64,000 bases of DNA. Source: Anolis carolinensis (Eukaryota). The notes below the pieces were generated by a model. The model saw only the letters and a program-made list of their open reading frames with translations. It was not told the origin of the DNA and did no database searches. This document shows, piece after piece, positions 1-11,279 of the stretch (positions within the stretch are counted from its first letter, which is position 1; every line of letters begins with the position of its first letter). The stretch lies in contig NC_085843.1 of NCBI RefSeq assembly GCF_035594765.1, positions 95,209,971-95,273,970 on the forward strand. Reading direction: 5' to 3'. Position numbers and translations under genes: made by a program.

Positions 1-377
1 CTATGATTCTAGGTTAACATAGTTACATTTATACAGTTTTACAATTACAAATGGCCCTTTGAAGGCAACCATAAAGCTGAAGTGGCCCTAGGTAAAAAAA
101 AGTTTGACACTCCTGGTTTAAACTATCCAGTACATGTGCTGCCTTATATACTATTTGTATCAACTGTATAACCTTATTTTCACCCAGAGGCAAGTCTGTG
201 TTCAATAGTTCTTTCTCCCTCATAAAGTTGTTTAACAAAAGACTTTCAAAAGGATTAGAGCAGAATTAATCAGAAGCAAGTATGTCAATCTATTCTACAG
301 TAGTAATGAATAGTCTACTGCAGACAAAAGTAAATTATGGACAGAAACTAGACCATCCATGCTGAACTAGTCGTCAC

Positions 378-499
378 CTGACTAGTTTGAAATTCCCTTT
401 GGTCCCAGGAATATCTGTAGGGAATTCATCAGGTGTACTGCTCCCGCAGGATCGGTAACATTCTGGTCGCGAGCAACTTGGATCATCAAGTTTGTATAT
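378..499 (-). CDS. EIF2S3: eIF2 gamma exon 4 ([41 protein letters not shown]); gene continues beyond the left window edge
   Basis: Near-identical to vertebrate eIF2-gamma; cag acceptor at 502-500, gtgac donor at 377; 122 nt. Confidence 0.97.
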
Positions 500-637
500 C
501 TGCAGAGAAAAGCCACAATAAAGATACAATTTACCATAACGCAATAGACCGTTCACTAAAAGAACAGTAAAAGTAAAATAATGACTAAATAAAAATATAA
601 TTATAGTAAGTTTGCTAGATGTAGGGTAGTGACAAAC

Positions 638-765
638 CTTAGCATTAGCATAGCCCAGCTTGATGGTGATATTTCTTTCCAGTTCATTTTTGAATCTGAC
701 AGTATGAACTCCAGAAATAGCTTTTACTACAGTTGACTTTCCGTGAGCCACATGGCCAATTGTAC
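638..765 (-). CDS. EIF2S3: eIF2 gamma exon 3 ([44 protein letters not shown]-loop)
   Basis: [10 protein letters not shown]1 motif; tag acceptor and gtttg donor; 128 nt; phases fit exons 2 and 4. Confidence 0.97.
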
Positions 766-1672
766 CTAGATTTTAAAAATAAAGGTTTGTCAATTTTACA
801 GAGATCTTATATTATCAAGAAATCAAAATAAGATGAAACTTACCTTCATGTGTTCATTCAAAATCTTTAAAAACAGTTTTATTCCCACAACTATTTTAAG
901 CAATTATTTTTCAGCCTCAGTCCCATAATCCAGGTATATTAATTACACCAGAAGACTTCTTCCAATGAATGAGTGAAACTGAAATGATCTCTCAATGAAT
1001 CTGAGAGAATAAACCCGTTCAGCTGAAATCATCCTGAATACATTGCAATCAAAGTCATTTCTATTTTCACTAATCATAATGAAATTGCTCTATTAATATG
1101 ATTTACAAGAAAACCATGGAGGTTTTCCAACCCCTCTGATGTTTGACTGCAGCTTACAGCATCACTGTCCACCGTAGCCAATACTCTGCATTTCAACAAC
1201 ATTCTGTGTGCCATACAATACTTCTTTCTATTTTATACTCGCAGAAATATGATAAATGAAAGGTTCTTTTTTAACATGTCAGAGGAAAAACAGAAAACAG
1301 CTGTGTGATCAATTTTGAAAGGGCTTACTTCACAATTACAAACGTGGACAATTCTGTACTGTTAGTCCGCAAATGATTTTGGAGATCAATTTGTGAAACA
1401 GCATCATTACACCATTCCTAGGAAACTATTTTTGGACACGTAAAAACTCCCAAAAGCATAATTTGGCACAGATCTGCTATTTTAAGAAAAATATCAAAGC
1501 CCACAATTGGGTGCATATTTGCTGAAGATTGGGACATCTGGAGCTGTGCAGATGTTGAGAGGATACCACAGTTCTTTCCAAAACCACTTCAGCTCATAAT
1601 GAACCCATGAATTCAGCTGGCATACAATCAGGATACTCCAACTGCAAATAGGTTTTTTAGGGGGTAACATAC

Positions 1673-1736
1673 CTATATTTATCGTAGCTTGTCTGCTGAT
1701 AACTTCTGGTGACAGAGGTGTCAACTTAGAAACATC
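1673..1736 (-). CDS. EIF2S3: eIF2 gamma exon 2 (DVSKLTPLSPEVISRQATINI-G)
   Basis: cag acceptor, gtatg donor, 64 nt; peptide matches eIF2-gamma. Confidence 0.97.
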
Positions 1737-1954
1737 CTGCAGAGAAAAGATGCACAGTGACTCCTCAAAATTTAAAGGAATTCTTTTAGCAGATAAATTA
1801 CAATACAATTATTTGAGGAATGAGATGCAATTTTTATTTTTTTCCAGTAAAAAGAAATGTAAAGCTCACTTGTGTAAGTGCGTATTTAACACCTCCCTCT
1901 CTGTTTTATGAGTGGTGTTAAAAAAACTTTAAAATCGGGGCAGCAAATAAAGAA

Positions 1955-2236
1955 CATCACTCATAAAACAGCGAAATTCCAAACATGAATCAATCAGGGT
2001 CAGCTAATCACCTCCCAACAAAGCCAAGCTTTGAAGCTGCAAGGCTGTTCAATGCTAATCAAAGTGATCAATTGCAACATTCACACTTGCCTCCAACAAG
2101 ATAAGAGTTCTTTCTCCCACCCTGGACCTTCCACAGATATATAAACCCCACTTGTGTAGTTTCCAACAAGCCTCACAACCTCTGCGGATGCCTGCTATAG
2201 GTCAGGAGAGAATGCTTCTGCAACATGGCCATACAG
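1955..2236. mobile_element. Penelope-like element fragment (EIF2S3 intron 1)
   Basis: Reverse-complement homology to 3350-3660; typical squamate Penelope terminal sequence. Confidence 0.7.
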
Positions 2237-2309
2237 CCTCAGTAACCTCACAGCAAGCTCAGTATATAGCTATATCATTGCAACATCACACACATTGGAG
2301 CACACAATT

Positions 2310-2540
2310 TCAGTTCAGGATCCACACTTACATACTGTAGAACTAATGCAGTTTGACACCACTTTAATTTCCAGGGCCCACGGCTATGGTATCATAGTTG
2401 TAATTGAACAAGGTCTTTAGTCTTCAGTACGAAAGAGTGCTGGTGCCTCAATAGACTGCAAATTCCAGAATCCCGTAGCACTGAGGCATTGCAGTTAAAG
2501 TGGTATCACACTACATTAATTCTGCGGTGTGGATGAACCC
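2310..2540. mobile_element. Palindromic MITE, probably PIF/Harbinger type; related copies at ~11850-11960, ~39765-39980, ~56725-56842
   Basis: Imperfect TIRs actgtagaactaatgcagtttgacaccactttaa ... ttaaagtggtatcacactacattaattctgcggtgtggatg. Confidence 0.6.
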
Positions 2541-2569
2541 AAAGTAATATAAAACTGACTGAGAGAGGT

Positions 2570-3260
2570 GGGCAGGAATGAAGCGGGCATTTCCCGGCCT
2601 TGTCCTGACACGGCTGCCTCGGCCTACCAAGAGCCTCCCCTTCCCCCTTTCCCTCCGAAGGCGACCCAAGCCGCCCCTCTTTCGCGCCCTGGAGCCCATT
2701 CCACAGAGACTAGGCCTCCTCAGGAGCGCGAGGTCTTCAGCCTGCCCTCCCTTCCCCTTCGGCCCACAGGATCCGCCTCAGGATCGCCTCCTCACCAAGC
2801 TACTCAGATCCTGCCGGGAAAGGTGCGGCTGCCCCAGAGTCACTCCCGCCTCGTCCCCCGCCATCTTGGTTGAAAAGGAAGTTAGGAGCCCGGAGAGCCT
2901 GCCTGACCCCTCTGCCAAGCAGGTCCCAGCGGAACCGCCAACACCGGCTCCTAGTCCCAGAAGATGTCAGAGGGTCCCCTAGGAAGGGGAATTTACGCGT
3001 GGGCGCTTTCCGGGTCTGGAGAGCGGCTTGGGAGAGTTCAGTTTTGGATCAGGCAGTGAGCTAGACAACTCCGCGAGGCCCCCGGGCTTGGCTGATGCAA
3101 CCGGCACTTGTGAAGAAAGGCGTGACTGGCGTGTGTGAGGAGGAGCAATGATCACAGGGGGAGGGGGCGTGACCTGGGGAAGAGGCGTGCCTCGCGAGCT
3201 GTGATATCATAGAACGTATTATTCGATGTGGGCGGTGCCCTCAGAAGCCCCGCCTCTTAT
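2570..3260 (-). promoter_or_regulatory. EIF2S3 CpG-island promoter with GC boxes and a pyrimidine tract just upstream of the ATG
   Basis: Local GC/CpG enrichment around exon 1; CTTCCTTTTC (minus) at 2881-2872; GGGCG/CCCCGCC boxes ~3160-3255. Confidence 0.75.
2796..2864 (-). CDS. EIF2S3: eIF2 gamma coding exon 1 (MAGDEAGVTLGQPHLSRQDLSSL)
   Basis: ATG at 2864 in caagATGGCGG context, gtgag donor at 2795; 69 nt; matches the eIF2-gamma N-terminus. Confidence 0.96.
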
Positions 3261-3346
3261 AGCATCTCAATTTCTGCAGGGAAGAGCATTATGTTTTCAC
3301 AGCAGTCAGAGATTGTGTTGTCGCAAGCTTTCATGGCCAGAATCAC

Positions 3347-3820
3347 TGGATGGCTGTCAGTTTTCCGGGCTGTATGGCCATGTTCCAGAAGCAGTCTCTC
3401 CTGACTTTCGCCTTCTTCTATGGCAAGCATCCTCAGAGCTTGTGAGGTCTGTTGGAAACTAGGCAAGTGGAGTTTATATATCTGTGGAAGGTCGTGTGGG
3501 AGAAAGAACTCTTGTCTGTTTGAGGCAAGTGTGAATGTTGCAATTAATCCCCTTGATTAGCATTGAAAAGCCTTGCAGCATCAAAGCCTGGCTGATTGCT
3601 ACTTGGGGGAAATCCATTGTTGGGAGGTGTTAGATGGCCCTGATAGTTTCATGTCTGGAACTCCCACCCTGAACCTTCCACAGATATATAAACGTCATTG
3701 ACTTAGTTTCCAACAGACCTCACTACCTCTGAGGATGCCTGCCATAAATGTGGGCGAAATGTCAGGAAAGTATATTTCTGGAACATGGCCATACAACCCA
3801 GAAAACCTGTAGCAACCCGG
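3347..3820. mobile_element. Penelope-like element with inverted terminal segment
   Basis: ~3350-3500 recurs inverted at ~3670-3820, a characteristic Penelope pLTR inversion. Confidence 0.75.
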
Positions 3821-4158
3821 TCAGAGGGATTGCACTCAAAGCATTGGGCTGGCTGGCATTTATAGCCATGCTCCATATTTTAAAGATGAGTCAGAGGTCT
3901 GAATTTTGTTCACGGTTCTAGGCAATCACATTTTGTTGACTAGCCTGCTTTTGAGAATATTGTTATTCCTTTGCTGAACTCTTGTTTGCACAGGTGGGAC
4001 TCTTTTCAAACTCGTGTTATGGTTATCCTGTCATTAATAGTAAACATACATAATATTGGATGTATGCCTAGAATAAGGAACTATGTAACTAGGTCTATGC
4101 ACCCTTCAGCCTGAATCGTGATCTGCTTTGGTTAAAATACATTTCAGCCTTTCTTTGA

Positions 4159-4302
4159 GACAGTGGAGGGAGTGCCTCTGAGAATCAACAGAATGCCTTC
4201 CTGCTTCGTAAGTGCCCTTTCTCAATAAAAGACAGTGAAGGGAGTGCCTCTGAGCATCTGCAAACCTTTCTGCTTCCTAAGTGTCCTTTCTCAGTAAGAG
4301 AC
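4159..4302 (+). repeat. ~70-bp tandem duplication (about 2 copies)
   Basis: gacagtg(g/a)agggagtgcctctgag...ctgcttc(g/c)taagtg(c/t)cctttctca repeated. Confidence 0.7.
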
Positions 4303-4310
4303 GTTGTCAG

Positions 4311-4573
4311 AGCTGCGGTGGCACAATGGGTTAAACCCTTGTGCAGGCTGGATGGTTGACCTGAAGGTTGGATTGCTGACCTGAACATTACTGGTTTGAA
4401 TCCGCGAGACAGGGTGAGCTCCCATCTGTCAGCTCTAACTTGAGGGGACATGAGAAAAGCCTCCCAACAGGATGGTAACATAATTGGGCAACGTCTCTGT
4501 AGACGGCCAGTTTTCTCGCACCAGAAACAACTTGCAGTATGTTCTCAAGTCACTTCTGACACGATGAAAAAAA
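4311..4573 (+). mobile_element. tRNA-derived, poly(A)-tailed lizard SINE (Anolis SINE2-like)
   Basis: A box ggtggcacaatgg, B-box-like ggtttgaatcc, A tail; homologous to four other copies in the window. Confidence 0.8.
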
Positions 4574-5015
4574 GCCTTTGTCATTAATTGTTGTAATGTG
4601 TAATCAATATGAGAAAAAAGTAAATATTTTAAGGTTCTAGCCAGCTTCACCTATAGTCAAGACATATATTTTTATATTTTCTGGGAGTATTGTATGATCT
4701 AGTTGTACCACCTTTCTGTAAGCTCCATACTGCAGAATGAATTATAGGTTGGACTCACATTCTAGGCTCATTGCCATTGGCACTGGATCAGCAAGAAGAC
4801 TTGGCAAAGACTTGTGATATCTGGCAGGATCTAGACGGCCTAAATCAAATGCAGTGTTAACTGGAAAAGTTTCATCCAGTTCTCAGCTCTGAATTGTTTA
4901 TGCAGGAGGGACTCTTGATGATCAGACTAATTATTAGTAGTACACATACTGAGTGTATATATTGGTATATATTGGTTATGTGCTTGCAATAGATAATTAC
5001 GTATGCAACCAAGTA

Positions 5016-5344
5016 CAGTAGAGTCTCACTTATCCAACGTTCTGGATTATCCAACGCAGTCTGCCTTTTAATAGTCAATGTTTTTGTAGTCAATGTTTTG
5101 AATACATTGTGATATTTTGGTGCTAAATTCGTAAATACAGTAATTACTACATAACATTACTGTGTATTGAACTACTTTTTTGTCAAATTTGTTGTATAAC
5201 ATGATGTTTTGGTGCTTAATTTGTAAAATCATAACCTAATTTGATGTTTATTAGGCTTTTCCTTAATCTCTCCTTATTATCCAACATATTCGCTTATCCA
5301 ACCTTCTGCCGGCCCGTTTACGTTGGATAAGCGAGACTCTACTG
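5016..5344. mobile_element. Tc1/mariner (Tigger-like) MITE, copy 1
   Basis: TIR cagtagagtctcacttatcca / tggataagcgagactctactg, TA duplication on both sides. Confidence 0.9.
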
Positions 5345-6264
5345 TATGAGCCATACACTCCCTTATACTTTTTGCATGAGAGTGTAGAGTGCCTGTAGCA
5401 GGTGAGATTACATTCTGCTGATGCAAAACTATTTTTTCTATATGAAGAACTGAATGGTCTAGAGAAAAATTTGAAAAGCGCGAGGGGGGGGGGGACGTGC
5501 TAAGCAAATGTCTCTATCTAAACTGCCTGTGTCCATATTTAAGTTGCTCTGATCTCTTTGGAGGAGTGGAGGAGTTTAAACAAATAATGGAAATTAAATA
5601 AATGTGAGCTTTTACTGTACCCTTAGCTTAATTGGTTAAAAAGGTGACTAAGGATCAATGAACAAATTCTCTCTTTGGGATCAAAAAGATGGCTTAAATG
5701 CTGAACATATTTACATGTGTAGTAAAACTCAAGTAACTTCAGGACTTCTGCATGATTTTGGAAATCAAACTGCAGGTGAAGATAATGTTTTTGACTATAT
5801 GCATGCCGAGTTGATTAGATCCAAATAAGCCTTTCTTAATGGTCCTGCCTCAGAGAAAGACAATGGCAAACCTCTGTGTGAACAAAAAGAAAACCCAATT
5901 ATAGATTTGCTTTAGCATTGCAATAACATGACGACACACAACAGCCCAAGTCAGGTTTAAAATGCAGAACAAGCTCTAATACTAGTAGTCACCCATAGAT
6001 ATATGTCACTTTTTGTATTGTATACATGCCCAGAAAGCAGTACAGTCCCGAGTTGTCAATAACTGGGCAGGACTTTTGGAGATCTCTCATTTCATATAGT
6101 CACAAGTCTAAGTCACATGATGGCATGATAATGTTGCAGTTTTGCATTTCTGCTTGGTAAAAAGGGGGGTGGACTAGATGATCCCTTGGGATCCCTCTTA
6201 GGAATGGCTTAGAGAAAAAAGAGAATACTTTAGAGAACACGGAGGCAAATTGCTATATGACTCA

Positions 6265-6651
6265 CCCAGTTTCCCGAAAAATAAGACATCCCCTGAAAAT
6301 AAGACCTAGTAGAGATTTTGCTGAATTGCTAAATATAAGGCCTCCCCCAAAAATAAGACCTAGCAAAAATTTTGTTTGGAAGCATGCCTCCCAAACAGAA
6401 CACCAGAGCATGCAGGATCTGTAAATGTACGTATCATAGATTGTTGAACATGGAAATAATGGTAGTAACAAGAAATTCTTAATAGGATTCACAGTTTGTC
6501 TGGTTATGCTGGTTTGTGATGACAACTACTGTTCAACAATAAATTTGAATTCTTCTTCATGGAAGAATAAGACATCACCTGAAAATAAGATCTAGCGTAT
6601 CTTTGGGAGCAAAAATTAAAATAAGGCTGTCTTATTTTCGGGGAAACACGG
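6265..6651. mobile_element. Tc1/mariner-superfamily non-autonomous element (CCGTGTTTCCCCGAAAATAAGAC TIR family), short copy A
   Basis: TIRs with repeated aaaataagac subterminal motifs; homologous to 13479-13898 in the opposite orientation. Confidence 0.85.
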
Positions 6652-6974
6652 AAATTCAGTTAAGTCCAAGAAATAGAAAAACTAACAGCTAAGACAAAAA
6701 CTATAGAAAAAAAAGTAGATATTCACATTTCTTTCCAAGGCAAGTAAAAGGTAATGTAAAACTTAGATGCAGGCCAGAAAGGTGGAAAAACACATTATCT
6801 AGGTGAAAGAGCTTAATTTACATAGAAATGTTTGCACAAATTTTATGTTAATGTATCACTATCTTGTATATTTTGAGATGAATTTACACAGTGCATTTTG
6901 ATAATGCTGATTTTTTAAAAATGGCATTAATTCCACAGTCCTAGATGCATCCTCAGCCATTCATGTGGTCTGTT

Positions 6975-7720
6975 GTTGTTTATTTGTTCAGTTGCTTCCA
7001 ACTCTTCGTGACCTCATGGATCAGCCCACACCAGAGCTCCTTCGGCCATTGCCACCCACAGCTCCTTCAAAGATAAGCCAGACACTTCAAGGATACCATC
7101 CATCTATCTTGCCCTTGGTTGGCCCCTCTTCCTTTTTCCTTCCATTTTCCACAGCATCATCTTCTCTAAGCTTTCCTGTTTTCTCATTATGTGGCCAAAG
7201 TACTTCATCTTGGCCTCTAATGTTCTTTCCTCCAGTGAACAGTCGGGTATTATTTCCTGAAGAATGGACTGGTTGGATCTTCTTGTGGGCCAAGGCACTC
7301 TCAGGATTTTCCTCCAGCACCAGAGTTCAAAAGTGTCTATCTTCCTTCGCTCAGTCTTCCTTGTGTTCCAGCTCTCGCACCCATAGGTTACTACGGGGAA
7401 TACCATTGCTTCAACTATGCAGACCTTTGTTGCCAGTGTGATGTCTCTACTCTTCACTATTTTATCGAGGTTGGTCATTGCTCTCCTCCCAAGAATTTAA
7501 TGTCTTCTGATTTTCTGGCTGCAGTCTGCGTCTGCGGTAATTTTCGTGCCTAGAAAGTCTGTCACTACCTCCACATTTTCTCCTTCTACCTGCCAGTTAT
7601 CAATCAGTTGCCATAATCTTGGTTTTGCACCTTTTTTTCACCTTGTTTATAAGGCTCCTCAGCTCCTCCTCGCTTTCAGCCATCGAAGTGGTATCATCTG
7701 CATATCTAAGGTTGTTAATG
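6975..7720 (-). mobile_element. RTE-BovB LINE 3' fragment
   Basis: Minus-strand peptides NLRYADDTT, VVTYGCESW, KIDTFELWCWRKILRVPW; (caa)n-like tail. Confidence 0.9.
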
Positions 7721-7789
7721 TGGACTATTTCGGAGCCTTTCCCCACCTGATTTAATATATGACCCACAAGGAACAGAAAAAAGAAAAAT

Positions 7790-8460
7790 AGGGCGGGAAA
7801 CATGATGACAATGGGTGTCTGAGGGAAGCCCGCCGCGGATTGGCCGAGGAGGAAGTGTTTGCGCGCTGAGCGGCAGGCGCGGCGGCCAATAGGGGCAGGA
7901 TGCGGGAAGGGGCCCTTTGCAGAGGGCGCAGATTGGGCGGCGCGAGGGAGGCGGGCCAGCGGCTTTTACGAGGCAACGGCAGCGCCAGCGAATGGGGCGG
8001 CTGGCCTGTGTGAGGCGGCGCCGTCGTCGGTGGCGTTCTCCTCAGAAGCAGCAGCAACAGCAACAGCAGCAGCGCTCGGAGCTGCCCGTCGTGTTCATGG
8101 AGGCTCCTCCTCCTCCGGCCTTGCCTACAGGTGGCGGCGGAAGTGACGGTCAGTGTGGGATGCTTGCCGTTGGGGGAAGATGGCGGCGGTGGCGGAGGCT
8201 GTGCTAGGCAGAGACGGAGGTAAACAACGGAGCGGGAAGGGAGGCTGAGGCAGGGAGGAGCGGGTCCGGGGCCGAGAGGCCGCCCTTCCGCCAGGCTCCC
8301 GCCTCCTCTCTCCCCCGCCTTTATGTTTCCCAGAGAGGCCCCTCTCCTCACGGCCAGCGTCTCCGGCGATGCTGAGAGGTAGGTGCCGCTCTTCGCCCCC
8401 TCCTTTGTTGTCGTGCCCGTGTCCCCTCAGGTAGCTCATCCCTGCCCGATCCCTTATCAG
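7790..8460 (+). promoter_or_regulatory. KLHL15 CpG-island promoter and putative first exon (donor GAG/gtaaac at 8219/8220)
   Basis: High CpG; CCAAT/ATTGG boxes ~7840, 7886, 7932; ETS/CRE-like GCGGAAGTGACG ~8137; YY1/TISU GAAGATGGCGGC 8176-8187. Confidence 0.8.
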
Positions 8461-8753
8461 GCGCCTTGCCTTTTTTTTTTTTTACTTTCTCCTTTCTAAA
8501 AGAGTGCAAGTACCATCGTAAAATTCACGCACTCGAGACCACTTGGACTGCTGTGGCATCAAGGGAGCAGTACAGTGTTTCAAAAAGACGGACCCAATTT
8601 CAAAGCAGTATACTTTCGTCATGGCAACATGTTTCAACTGCACACGGGGTTGCAAACGGTTGCCATTGGAAAATATATTATCAAGCCTTGTGTTGTGGGA
8701 TTGCCCCCTTAGAAATTGGGTCCAGGAGCTGTTTGTGTGCTGGGAGAGGCATC

Positions 8754-8754
<1 letters not shown>

Positions 8755-8807
<53 letters not shown>
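8755..8807. repeat. (AAT)n microsatellite, about 17 units
   Basis: Seen directly; explains the poly-I and poly-N ORFs. Confidence 0.95.
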
Positions 8808-8896
8808 GTTTTATTTATTCCCCGCCACCATCTCCCAGAAGGACTCGGGGCAGGTTACAGAAGCATATACAGCACCATAACACATAATAACACAGG

Positions 8897-9158
8897 TTTT
8901 TTTCCCGTGTCAGGAGCAACTTGAGAAACTGCAAGTCGCTTCCGGTGTGAGAGAATTGGCCGTCTGCAAGGACGTTGCCCAGCAGACGCCCGGATGTTTG
9001 ATGTTTTACCACCCTTGTGGGAGGCTTCTCTCACATACCCGCACAAGGAGCTGGAGCTGACAGACGAGAGCTCACCCGCTTCCCGGGTTTGAATCCCCGA
9101 CCTTTCGGTCAGCAGTCCTGCAAGCACAAGAGTTTAACCCATTGCACCACCAGGCTCC
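8897..9158 (-). mobile_element. tRNA-derived poly(A) SINE nested in an L2 3' fragment (~8808-9512)
   Basis: Reverse complement of the 4311/55383 family; flanks resemble the L2 3' end (gggggccaccaccaagaaggccct). Confidence 0.8.
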
Positions 9159-9763
9159 AAAAATAGAGGTAAAATTACATCACATATTAAACAATGATAA
9201 CAGCAGTTAATATAAAAACTACATATTACAAAAATCCAATTTAAAAATCAATAAAACACAGGACAAATTGCCTAAAACAAATAATACAGCTTCCCAGCCA
9301 TGGCCCAATTCAACCATTAAAGTGCTAGTGACAATATTAAATTGTTTGATTCTTAGATTAGCAGATGTCTTAATCATATCCAAATGATTGTCTTTAGCTC
9401 CTTGCGAGCCATGTCTTTAGCTCCTTGCGAAAACATTGTAATGTGGGGGCAAGCCTAATATCCTTGGGGAGGGCATTCCAAAGCCAGGGGGCCACCACCA
9501 AGAAGGCCCTTGTCTAGCAGTAATCACTTGAAACTGTATGCCACACCCTTTCAAGTGGTAAGAATTTCATTCTTGGGTGGTTAACTGAGAGATACAGTGA
9601 TTTCAAATCAGGTCCATCTTTTTGAAACACCCTATAGTTTGTTGAGGCATCATCACTCTTTAGCGGAGAAAGCTAAAGGCCATGTAAAACGTACTTATAC
9701 TTAGGCGATCTCTAGTTGTCTGAGTATGATGGCCTTCCAAGTGTAGTGTCTTGGTGGTTAATA

Positions 9764-11245
9764 CTGTGTTTCTCCGAAAATAAGACATCCTCAAAAAATA
9801 AGACCTAGTAGAGATTTTGTGGAAATGCAAAATATTAGACATCCCCCGAAAGTAAGACCTAGGAGGAGGAAGCCACTGCCGTCAGCGCCTGTGGCGCGAA
9901 AGAGGAAGGAAAGGCACCTGCCTTACCGTCCTTCTCCTTTGCCTTCCACGGCAGTGGCAACAGCTCCCTCCTCCTCCGCCTTCCTCAGTGGGTGCTGCGC
10001 GAAGAAGGGGAGATGGGGCTGAGGCCTGGCATGAGAGAGAAGCCCGACCCATGGCGTTCCTCGCCAGGTAGATGTCCCTGCCACCGAGGGACTAGGCAGA
10101 GAAAGACCCGACTGTCCAGCCCCTTCCCTCATTCCCCCGCTCCCTGGGAGGCCCTGCCGCGCACTCATAACTAGCCTTTGCCAGATTTCTCCCAAGTCTT
10201 CATCCACTCAGCAAAGAGCGCCGTCCCTGTTGCCGCCACCATCTTCCCTGTCTGGTGCTGGAAGCGTCCGGATGTATGAGCAGCAGCCAGGCAAGCAAGA
10301 AGGGGCCCACTGCATCTTCCTTGATGGAAGCGCCACCGCCAAGGAAGGCGCGGTGGGCCCCTTGCTTGCTTGCCTGCTTGCCTGCTGCTTGTACATCCGG
10401 CACTTCCAGCACCAGATGGGGAAGATAGTGGCGGCAACATGGAAGGGTGCTACCTGCTGAGTGGATGAAGACTTGGGAGAAATCCGGCGAGGGCGAGTAA
10501 TTAGTGTGGGGCAGGGCCTCCCGGGGAGCAGGGGAGGGAGGGAAGGGGCTGGATGGTCGGGTCTTTGAGCCCCTTGGTGGCAGGGACATCTACCTGGCGA
10601 GGAATGCCATGGGTCGGGTTTCTCTCTCATGCCAGACCTCAGCCCTATCTCCCCTGCCAGTCTCCAGATCCAGTTTGTCTGCTTCAAACCAAATTATCTT
10701 GCAGTGTAGACTCATACCATCCAGGCCAAAGCAGATCATCTGGAGTCAGAAACCTGAATTCTGTGACAGTTTAGACCAGGCCTGGTCCACCTTGGGTCCT
10801 CCAGGTGTTTTGGACTCCAACTCTCACAATTCCTAACAGTGGGAGTTGAAGTCCAAAACACCTAGAGGGCCGAAGTTGGCCCAGGCCTGGTTTAGACTCA
10901 TACCATCCACATCAAAGCAGATAATCTAGATCCAGAAACCTGGATTCTATGACAGTTTAGACTCATGCACTTTAAGGCAGATACCATATCATATGCTTCA
11001 AAACAGATAATCTGGATTCAGAAACCTGTTTTCTATGAGAGTTTAGATTCATATCATCCACTTCAAAGCAGATATATGGTTATGCTGGATTGTGATGACA
11101 ACTCTTTACAAAATGTTCATTTTTTTTGTTCAACAATAAACGTGAATTCTTCACGAAAAAATAAGACATCCCTGAAAATAAGACCTAGCACACCTTTGGG
11201 AGCAAAAAATAATATAAGACCTGTCTTATTTTCGGGGAAACAGGG
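9764..11245. mobile_element. Long copy B of the CCGTGTTTCCCCGAAAATAAGAC Tc1/mariner family, carrying a GC-rich palindrome, a minisatellite and a nested hAT MITE
   Basis: TIRs with TA flanks at 9762-9763 and 11246-11247; ends homologous to copies A and C, interior different. Confidence 0.85.
10777..10889. mobile_element. hAT MITE
   Basis: caggcctgg...ccaggcctg termini; perfect 8-bp TSD gtttagac (10769-10776, 10890-10897). Confidence 0.9.
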
Positions 11246-11279
11246 TACGTAGGTGACTATAGAGCCCTATTCTTGATCT

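Larger units (their letters stand above)
8573..9634. mobile_element. Mariner-like non-autonomous element interrupted by an L2 3' fragment with (AAT)n and a SINE
   Basis: TIR-like cagtgtttcaaaaagacggaccc / ggtccatctttttgaaacac; sister copy at 60651-61309. Confidence 0.7.

Noticed and set aside
4311-4410. tRNA genes at SINE heads
   Set aside because: A/B boxes are embedded in dispersed SINE bodies and no complete cloverleaf is evident
7752-8439. Long GC-rich ORFs on both strands (199, 104, 96, 95 aa)
   Set aside because: Expected stop-codon scarcity in a CpG island; low-complexity products with no recognisable domain
8466-8924. ORFs with poly-Ile or poly-Asn (also 53734-54003)
   Set aside because: Translations of (AAT)n microsatellites
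9819-10836. Cluster of overlapping ORFs with look-alike peptides
   Set aside because: Artefact of the GC-rich palindrome
10680-11080. CRISPR-like array
   Set aside because: Eukaryotic minisatellite without unique spacers or cas genes
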